From contig CANKIK010000006.1 of the NCBI GenBank assembly GCA_947481985.1, forward strand, positions 13,382-77,381: a stretch of 64,000 nt of DNA, read 5' to 3'. The notes under the pieces are model-generated. The model was not told where the DNA came from, searched no databases, and saw only the letters and a program-made list of their open reading frames with translations. How positions within the stretch are numbered: position 1 is the stretch's first letter; each line of letters begins with the position of its first letter. This stretch comes from Planctomycetaceae bacterium (GTDB lineage Bacteria; Planctomycetota; Planctomycetia; Pirellulales; UBA1268). The position numbers and the translations under genes were made by a program. This document shows positions 46,465 through 54,500 of the stretch, piece after piece.

Positions 46465-48021
46465 TCAGGGGGCCCCCATGCCAGCAGCGACGTGAACTGA
46501 TTCTACCCCACCTCTCGAGACCACGCCCGAGGGCCAAGCCGGCAGACGATCGAGGACGGAGATCGCGTCGGCACGATCGGCCGCCGCATCGGCCTCGACG
46601 ACCAACGCCCCGCGGTCGGCGAGGGCCGCCGACGTTTCGATCCCGTCGAGAATCCGCTGGAGATTCTCCGCAGACACGACGACCACCGGCTCCGACAACG
46701 ACGGCAGCCCGACGTGCAGCGACACTGCCCTCCCCGTCTCCACGCCAAGCGTCCACTGCCCTCCGCCACCACCACTGGCGGAAAGCCCGATCACTCGACC
46801 TGCCGCAGCCGTCCAGGCGGCCTCACCAAGACGCTCAAAAAGCCTCTCGCGGGCCGATGTCGTCCGCATCATCCGCTCGGGCTGTGGCCAACGGAAGCGA
46901 TTGTCGATCGCAAACCGGCACAGCCGGCGGATGGTTTCATCGTCGAGTTCCGGCGCGGGGAGGTCGGGAACGGCGGCGGTCGTCTGCGCGCTATCAAACC
47001 GGGGGTCATCGCTCCAATAGGCCCGGTAGACATGCATCTGATCTTCAAAGAGCCGCGCCAGCACCATGGGATCGAAATGAGCGGCGGCCTTCCCCGGGCC
47101 GGCGGCGGCCCGCTCGGCAGCCAGTTCCTTGGCCATCTCCACCACCAGCGTCTCGAAAACGCGGCACAGCGTTGCCACCGAGGTCGGGCGGGTGGAGGTG
47201 ATGTGGTAGGTGCGGCCGTGGAGCGACTTATCACCGATGATCCGGGCCATCACCGCCGACACCCAGTCGACAGGCACGAGATTCTTGACTTCCGCGCCGC
47301 TCATGCCGAGGACCTCGAGCAGCGACCCCGATTCCAGCGACGCCTCCATGAACGCCTCCACAAACGGCTGCACAATCCGCAGCGGTTTGTAGAAGCCGTG
47401 AAAGGTGTTGGTGAACCCTGTCACCAAATCGCCAACGATGATACTCGGCCGGTGAACCGTGCAGACATCGAGGAACGGAGCGGAGACCGCTGCCTTCTCT
47501 GAGGCGATCTTGCTCCGCTCGTAGTCATTGCCAGGCGTCTGGCCAACGTCGAGCTCGCCCTCGAGAATCCGCCCGCGGCGCGTTCCGCAGACATACGCGC
47601 TCGACACGTGATGGAAGCGTCGGATTCCATGATTGCGGCACAGTTCGAGGACATGCGCCGTTCCGTTGACGTTGCTGTTCCAGGGTTCGCCGTCGCTCTC
47701 CCGCATCTGGAAGGAGAGGCTGGCTGCAGAATGCACGACCTCCGTGACGTGGCGCCCCACCCAGGCGGCGGCCGCCGCAGACAATCCCAGACCGGGGAGA
47801 GTGATATCCCCTTCCAGGACCACCGGGCAGGAAACGGTGACGCCGGCGACACCCCGCCAGTCGTCAAGAATCTCGTCGACACGCCTGGCCGCTCCGGCTG
47901 TCTTTGAACCACGCACAAGCACCGCGATGCGGCGGCCCGTCGCGGCCAAGTCGCGGAGGAGTGACCGGCCAAGCAACCCGGTCGCACCGGTGAGCAGGAG
48001 GTAGGAGTCCTCGACGGTCAT
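46465..48021 (-). CDS. stand-alone thioester/fatty-acyl reductase (NAD_binding_4 / TR-type extended SDR) fused to a C-terminal SCP2-like lipid-binding domain
   Basis: LLLTGATGLLGRSLLRDL, VVHSAASLSF, HHVSSAYVCG, NDYERSKIASE, HRPSIIVGD. The C-terminal ~130 aa (GQWTLGVETGRAVSLHVGL...VVVSAENLQRILDGIETSAALADRGALVVE) fit an SCP2-like pattern. Paralogous to 62605-63780. Confidence 0.8.
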   Translation of the reverse strand: MTVEDSYLLLTGATGLLGRSLLRDLAATGRRIAVLVRGSKTAGAARRVDEILDDWRGVAGVTVSCPVVLEGDITLPGLGLSAAAAAWVGRHVTEVVHSAASLSFQMRESDGEPWNSNVNGTAHVLELCRNHGIRRFHHVSSAYVCGTRRGRILEGELDVGQTPGNDYERSKIASEKAAVSAPFLDVCTVHRPSIIVGDLVTGFTNTFHGFYKPLRIVQPFVEAFMEASLESGSLLEVLGMSGAEVKNLVPVDWVSAVMARIIGDKSLHGRTYHITSTRPTSVATLCRVFETLVVEMAKELAAERAAAGPGKAAAHFDPMVLARLFEDQMHVYRAYWSDDPRFDSAQTTAAVPDLPAPELDDETIRRLCRFAIDNRFRWPQPERMMRTTSARERLFERLGEAAWTAAAGRVIGLSASGGGGGQWTLGVETGRAVSLHVGLPSLSEPVVVVSAENLQRILDGIETSAALADRGALVVEADAAADRADAISVLDRLPAWPSGVVSRGGVESVHVAAGMGAP

Positions 48022-48072
48022 GGGCAGCGATCCTGATCGGTAAAAGGGAGAAAGGGAAGCGAGATATCAATC

Positions 48073-48837
48073 TCAGATATGGATCGCGGCGCCGCCATCG
48101 ACGACGAGGGTCTGACCTTGGACGAGGTCGGAGAGCGCACTCGAAAGAAAGAGCACGGCGTCGGCGACATCGCTGGCCTCGAGTTGCCGCTGGCCGACCA
48201 TCGTCTTGCTCGTACGACCGGCGAACATCATGTCGGCACCGGGGAGACGGCGGGTGGAGTCGGTATCGACAAGCCCAGCCTCGACGACGTTGACGTTGAC
48301 GCCGCGATCGCCGAGTTCAAGGGCCCAATGCCGCGCAAGCGCCGTCAGTGCCGCCTTCGATCCCCCGATCAGTCCATACATCGGCAGGGCCATGTGCGTG
48401 CCATGACTGGAGAGGACCACCACCTTGCCGCGGTCGCTTCCCGATTCCAGCAGCGGCGCCGCCGCCTTGAGAAGGTGCACGAGCGACAGGACGTTGGTGT
48501 GCATGGCGGCGTCGAAGTGCCGCTGCGACGTGGCGGAGAGTGGCCGGAAGCCGCCGGTGGCGGCATTGTGAACGAGAATATCGAGCTGTCCAAACTGCTC
48601 CCGAACAAAACTGATCATGTCCTCCACATCTTCTTCCTCGCCGACGTCCGCCCGTACGCAGGCCACGCGCCGTCCCATGGCGGCGATCTCGGCTGCCACT
48701 CCATCGGCCTCGCGGCCGCTGGTCACGTAGTTGATCACGATATCGGCCCCGGCCTGGGCCATCCGCAGCGCGCAGGCTCGACCGATTCCCCGGCTGCTGC
48801 CGGTGATCAAGGCCACTTTTCCACTCAGATCGATCAT
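48073..48837 (-). CDS. FabL-like NAD(P)H-dependent enoyl-ACP reductase (SDR)
   Basis: GKVALITGSSRGIGRACALRMAQAGADIVINY, DILVHNAATG, YGLIGGSKAALTALARHWALEL, VNVVEAGLVDTD, GQTLVVDGG. Collinear by eye with Bacillus FabL rather than FabG. Confidence 0.75.
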   Translation of the reverse strand: MIDLSGKVALITGSSRGIGRACALRMAQAGADIVINYVTSGREADGVAAEIAAMGRRVACVRADVGEEEDVEDMISFVREQFGQLDILVHNAATGGFRPLSATSQRHFDAAMHTNVLSLVHLLKAAAPLLESGSDRGKVVVLSSHGTHMALPMYGLIGGSKAALTALARHWALELGDRGVNVNVVEAGLVDTDSTRRLPGADMMFAGRTSKTMVGQRQLEASDVADAVLFLSSALSDLVQGQTLVVDGGAAIHI

Positions 48838-48868
48838 CGCACGCTACTCCGGGGTTGATGCAGTGGTT

Positions 48869-49741
48869 TCAAACGCGGGTGGCCGCCGGTCGGCGGCCGT
48901 AGATCAGCCAGTGTCTGGCGAAAACTTCGGGGGCCTGCTGGTAGCGGTGGGTGGCAAAACCCCGTTCCACAAGCAATTGCTCCATCCGTTGGCACGATTC
49001 GACGCCATCGTGCACCTCCACGATCGCCTGGCGGATCAGCGGCCAGTGAACGTCGTCGATGCCCGCCAAGGCATCGAACTCCGCTCCTTCGACATCGAGT
49101 TTGAGTAGATCGATCTGCTCGACTCCCGCGGCGCGGATGCTGTCGGAGAGTCGCACCAACCGGCAAGCCACTCGCTTCGACCGCTGGAACCAGCGTCTGA
49201 TCACCTCAGCGCAGCCGAGCGACACCCAACGGGGGAAGAGATCGACCGCCGGTCCTAGCCGGCGCTTGATTTCGCCGAGGATAAAACGGTTGGATTCCTC
49301 GTGGGCCACGGGACTGTCATCGGGATACATCGACGAACTGGTGCTCGTCAGCGGATAAAAGGTGAACTCCGCCGTCCCCTCGCGGTTGGAGGCTCCGGCG
49401 TGATGGAGGCGGACATCGAGGCGCGAGTGGCGGGCAACGTTTGCCCGCAGCGCCGCGAACGTGGCAGGAATCGGCTCGAATGCGTGGACAGTTCCCTGAG
49501 AGATGCGATCGCCGACCCACAGCACTGCCAGGCCGACGTTCGCCCCCACATCGAACACCGTCGCTCCCTCGGGGAGATCGACGCCGAACATTGCGTAGAT
49601 CTGTTCGACGAAGATCTCATCGTAAGCAATGCGGGTGTTGTCACCACACAGGGTCAGCACCTGTCGGCCGTCAGGCAAGGTCATCGTTCGCAGCCCGCCG
49701 GTCAGCGCGGGCTGGGGAAGTCGTTCGCTGTGGCGGATCAT
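48869..49741 (-). CDS. FkbM-family SAM-dependent methyltransferase
   Basis: GATVFDVGANVGLAVLWVG, VHAFEPIPATFAALRANV, GASNREGTAEFTFY, IDLLKLDVEGAEFDAL. The ATG at 49741 overlaps the Rieske gene stop (ATGA). Confidence 0.8.
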   Translation of the reverse strand: MIRHSERLPQPALTGGLRTMTLPDGRQVLTLCGDNTRIAYDEIFVEQIYAMFGVDLPEGATVFDVGANVGLAVLWVGDRISQGTVHAFEPIPATFAALRANVARHSRLDVRLHHAGASNREGTAEFTFYPLTSTSSSMYPDDSPVAHEESNRFILGEIKRRLGPAVDLFPRWVSLGCAEVIRRWFQRSKRVACRLVRLSDSIRAAGVEQIDLLKLDVEGAEFDALAGIDDVHWPLIRQAIVEVHDGVESCQRMEQLLVERGFATHRYQQAPEVFARHWLIYGRRPAATRV

Positions 49742-50889
49742 GCCGCGCCCTCCGTCGGTCGGCACACCGGCACGGCTGCGGCTGATTGGCTGGCGTTCAT
49801 CTGCGCCAGGAGCCACTTCTGAAAGTGGGTGATCCGCTCCTCGCGACGGGAGATCAACCCCGGGCCGGGGTGCACCGGAGACTCAAGCCCCTGCTGCACC
49901 TGCGGCAAGAGCGCCATATCCTCCGACACAATCTTTTTCCAGGTCGGCAACTCCGACACGGCCAGACGGCGGGCAATGAGGTCTGGGAGCGTGCGCGTGC
50001 CCGACTGACCAACGACACTGCGGTAGGAGATGCGGCACGAACGCGGGCCGGTGGGGGTCACCGACTGGAAGCCACCGCCGAAGTCGATCGACATCCGCAG
50101 CAGTCCAGGGTGGATGTGGCTGTGGCAGTAATCGGCTGAGACATCCTTCCCCATGCCTCTCCCGACACGCTGCTTAAGACGGGTCCAGGCGGAATCGGGG
50201 CTGCGAACAGTGAACCGCGATCCCCCCTCCCACAGTTCGTGGCGGCAATCGCTCTCGGTGGGTGATGCACCGATCGTAGCGGCATGGATGGTGCCGACGT
50301 GATAACTCTCCAAACTGTTTTCAACGACCGCCTTCCAGTTCACCGGCAGATCAACATCCTCGCGCCAGATCGGCCGGGAGATGCAGTCGATACTCGCCTC
50401 CAGACGGCCGTGCTCCTCCTCGCCGAGCCATTCGCGTACGGGGGGCGCTGCGTTGTCAAACGTGATAAAGAGCACTGCACCGGCTTGGTCGAGGCGAAGT
50501 TGGTCGAGGCCTAGTTTCCCCTTTTCAAGCGGGCGGAAACTGGGAGCATCGGGGATCCGTCGGGTCATCCCGCTGTCGTCGAATTCCCAACCGTGGTACT
50601 CACAGCGGAGCTGCGGACAAATGCCGCAGGCACGCTGCGTGAGTTTCGCCATCCGGTGGGGACAGACATTCCGGTAGGCGTGGAAACCATCCCCTCCACG
50701 CCGCACCATCACCGGGCCGCCAACATGATCGAAGGTGATAAAGTGCCCCTCGCGAGGCATCTCCTGGACCAAGGCCACCGCCCACCAGGCGGGGTGAAAA
50801 ACCAACTTTCGTTCCCGCTGGTACCAGTCGTCGTCGTGGTAGGCACTTGCGGGAAGCAATTGCGGCAGATGGGTGTCGCTTACGAACAT
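49738..50889 (-). CDS. Rieske [2Fe-2S] non-heme-iron oxygenase, alpha-subunit type
   Basis: Rieske ligands CPHRMAKL...CEYHGWEF. C-terminal catalytic-domain-like region with NSLESYHVGTIH. ATG at 50889, 6 nt after the PPTase stop. Confidence 0.85.
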   Translation of the reverse strand: MFVSDTHLPQLLPASAYHDDDWYQRERKLVFHPAWWAVALVQEMPREGHFITFDHVGGPVMVRRGGDGFHAYRNVCPHRMAKLTQRACGICPQLRCEYHGWEFDDSGMTRRIPDAPSFRPLEKGKLGLDQLRLDQAGAVLFITFDNAAPPVREWLGEEEHGRLEASIDCISRPIWREDVDLPVNWKAVVENSLESYHVGTIHAATIGASPTESDCRHELWEGGSRFTVRSPDSAWTRLKQRVGRGMGKDVSADYCHSHIHPGLLRMSIDFGGGFQSVTPTGPRSCRISYRSVVGQSGTRTLPDLIARRLAVSELPTWKKIVSEDMALLPQVQQGLESPVHPGPGLISRREERITHFQKWLLAQMNASQSAAAVPVCRPTEGAA

Positions 50890-51539
50890 CGCGTTCGCTC
50901 CTCTCCGCTGCCACTGGCGACTGCTGCCTGCCGAGGGTGCTCGGCGCAGGCAATGGCTACCAGGTACCGGCCGACGTTGAAAAACCGTCCGCTCCCGTGT
51001 GCGGTGCACCACTCATCGCGGAGCGTCCACTCGAAACTATCGGACGAGCCAGTCCGCACCGACACGGCAAGCGGCCGGAAGGTGGTGTCGATCCCGGCAG
51101 CCTTGTAGGCCGACTCCTTAGCCGACCACACCAAGGGACGCGCGGCATCGGTGGCATTGGCGGCCCCGCAATCGTCTGAGAGCCAGTGATCGAGTCCCGG
51201 ACCGGCGACGGCGGGATCAACGATATCGATCCCCACGTTGCCCTGCGAACAGACGGCCGCACCAACCATCCCCCGTTCGTGTGCCAGCGACACCGACACC
51301 TCAAGCAAGCCGGCATCGCCCATCGCCACCGGTCGGCCCGAAGGGAGCAGGGACGCGATCCGCACTCCGTGCCGCGGCAGGCCGGCATGGGCCGCGACCA
51401 CCGCTTCACCGAGCCGACGGGCAGCCGCCGACAGCGATTCCCCCGGTGCCGGGACAGAAAACGCGGCGTCGATGCGCCAGTCGCCGATCACCAATCCCCG
51501 TTCGACGTGACCGTTGCCGGGATGGATGACTGCGATCAT
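50880..51539 (-). CDS. 4'-phosphopantetheinyl transferase
   Basis: SLAHERGMVGAAV, GIDIVD and WSAKESAYKA motifs. The ATG at 51539 overlaps the PKS stop (ATGA). Confidence 0.85.
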   Translation of the reverse strand: MIAVIHPGNGHVERGLVIGDWRIDAAFSVPAPGESLSAAARRLGEAVVAAHAGLPRHGVRIASLLPSGRPVAMGDAGLLEVSVSLAHERGMVGAAVCSQGNVGIDIVDPAVAGPGLDHWLSDDCGAANATDAARPLVWSAKESAYKAAGIDTTFRPLAVSVRTGSSDSFEWTLRDEWCTAHGSGRFFNVGRYLVAIACAEHPRQAAVASGSGEERTRCS

Positions 51540-54500
51540 AAGGGGCGGCTCCGCTCCGACGGCATAACCGCCAAATGGAGACCGTCGAGGGCGACGAGTG
51601 CCCTTCCGTCGGCACCGTAGATGACGAAGTCATAAACCGATTCCCGATCGTCCTGGGAACGGAACACCATCTGCACGGTGCATTTTTCCCCGGCTGCCGC
51701 CTGGGCGACAAACCGCAACCGCTCAAACCGCAGCGGAACCTCAACGCGTTTGCCGCAGAGAATGTATGAGTAGACAGCACATCCCACGATCGCCCCGTCG
51801 AGCAGCGCCGCGGGAACCGTCCACCCGGCGGCGCCGCGGGGCTGGGCCACAGCCGCCATCTCGGGAGCCACCAGCCGCCCCCAGCCACCGCGGCGGTCGA
51901 GAAACAGCCCGGTGAGCGTGCGGAAGGCCGGACCGTGCCACATCGGGCCATCGTCCCGGTAGATCATCGGGTTGAATGGAAAGAGCATGTCGTCCAGTGG
52001 AGTGGTGATCGGCTCCGCAGGACCGCGGGACACCCTGCCTGAGAAGTGCACCCGCTCGCCATCAGCGTCGCGATGGCCGCTGCGCACCGCCGACCAGCCC
52101 TGTGCGCTCACTGCGGCTCCCGGATCGGTCGCCACTCCGGTTACCTCAACCCGCATCTCACGGGACTGATCCGTGGGGAAAACCACCGGGCGTTCGACGA
52201 CGAACTCCCTCATCTCCTCCACCCGGTCACAGGCACCGGAGGCGATCGCCGCCTGGGCGAGCATCTCAGCACCCATCACCGCCGGCAGCAGAGGATGGCC
52301 ATTTTGCCGATGTTCCCGGAGGAAAACGTCCAGCAGCGGATCGAGAGACATCGTCACGTTGGTCGAGTTCTCTGCGCGTGCGACCGTGCCGACGAGGCTG
52401 CCGCGATTCCCCTGTGGCCAACCTGCTGCAGGAATCGCCGACCCCGCCGAGAAAACCGGTGCGGATACGGCGTCGAGGACAAACACCGGTTCGGTGACGA
52501 GCACCTCGGCATCGGGCAGGCCGGCCTCGATCTCGGCGAGGAACCGCGCCACTCCCTCTGAGAGCGGCATGAATTTCATGCCAAACTGTTCGAGCACGAA
52601 GCGGCTCTCGGGCCGACTGGCCATTCCCACTTCGTCCCAGGCATGCCAGTGGAATACCGTCGCCCGCACCCCTGGCCGATCCTGGCGGAGGCGGCCGACG
52701 ATCTTGGCGAGCATGTCGTTTGCCAAGGAATAATCTGCCTGTCCCATCCCACCGAGCCTGCCACTGGTCGATCCGAAGGCCACCACACTCTCCAGGGCCA
52801 CCGCGTCAACGGTCGCCAGCAGATGTTCCAGACCGATGCACTTCGGCCCCAGCGTGGCCTCGAGTCCGTCGAGCGTCTTCTTCTCGAACCGACAGGCTGC
52901 TTCGTAGCCCGCTCCATGGACGATCCCGCGGATCGGCCCGATCTCCCGCGCCAGTCGCTCCACCAGCGTCCGCACAGCGGTGCCGTCGGCCAGGTCGCAA
53001 GCCTCGTAGCGGGCGTTGACCCCGGCGGCCCGAAATTTCTCCAGCCCGCTGGCGATCTCGATCGATTTCTCGACATCCCGCCAGGCACGGCGCGGGTCCC
53101 CGCCTGCGGCCTTGGCGTCGAGCATGATCTTCCCCTTCAGATTCCGCAGTCCGGCCTCGTCGAGTGTCAGCCAGGTGGCGTCCACAGACTGAGGACGTGT
53201 GGAGCCGACAAGCACCAGCGACAGACCATGGCGGCGTCCCAGTTCACGGGCACACGCCGCAGTCACGCCACGGGCACCTCCAGTGACCAGCCAGACACTT
53301 CCCCGCGCCAGTCCGGCCAGAGGCCTTTGGGAGAGCGGGCCGCCGAGCGTGGCGACCACCGTCTGTCGAACGCCGTTCACCCACCCCACTTCCACCGGCC
53401 CCCCGCGACTGGCGATTTCATCGAGTGTCCGCCGGGCCACGTCGGCGGCTAAGGCGGAAGGGGGAAAGTCGACGACGCGCACCTGGACGAGCGGGTATTC
53501 ACGAGCAAGGTTCTTGAACAAGCCACTGAAGGCCCCTCCGGTAACACATCCGATGTGACCGCCGAGCCCAAAGTCTCCCCCCAACGCAGTCACGGCGGTG
53601 AGTGTCGCCCGCTGACTGTCGCCCGCCCGGGTGCGGCAGGCGAGCCACCGCTGACAGGCGAAGTAGCCGGCGACGAGTGTCCGAGAGCGACTCTCGACCC
53701 AGGTCCGTGCCGGATGCCACGGCGTCGCGATCACCACGTGCAGGACAGGCCCCTGGGCCTCGGCGGCATCGACGGCCGACACCGCTTCGGCCTGCGACCC
53801 GCACCGGGCGACAATCGCCTGGGCACCGCGGGCACGCAGCGCCGCCGCGAGGTCCACCGCGAGATCAGCGGAGGTGTTCGTGGCGGCGATGATCAGCACT
53901 CGCTCTCCCTTAAGATCACGATCGAGCACTGCCGATCCGAGGGACTGAAGTCCCAAGCCGTAGCGCCCCGTGACACCGTTCACTTCCTGGGGAGCGGCAG
54001 GCGCCGTCTGCCGCCGCGGGACATCTGCCCACAGGCAAGTGGCGGAGTCGAGCGTCGCTGCTGACAGCCACGGGCCACGCGGACCGCCGGCGAAGGCCTG
54101 CCGGCCGGCGACTGTGCTCCCGCAGACCATCCACGTGGCGGTTGCCGAGAGTCCATCACGCACCCCCACTCCCGCCACAGGATCGAGCAGGCGTCCAAGC
54201 GCCACCCCACCTGCCCCATCGCCCGCCACGCGGAGCAGCGCCGTGAGCGGAGCGAGTTGGTGTGCACAAAGCCCCACAGATTTGACCCGTCCGTCGCCGC
54301 CAATCTCCTGGAGGTTGCCCTGGCGGGTGTCGGCAATGAAGAGCCTGCCGGCAAGGGGAGCTACCCCAGCCAAAACAGTCGCGGCGTCCGCGACAGAACT
54401 GCAGTTAAGCGCCATCTCGACGGCACTTGTCAGAGGAAATCCTGAAGTCATCGACTGGCAGGCGGCGATCACCACCAGGCCAGCGTCATTCCAGCCGGCC

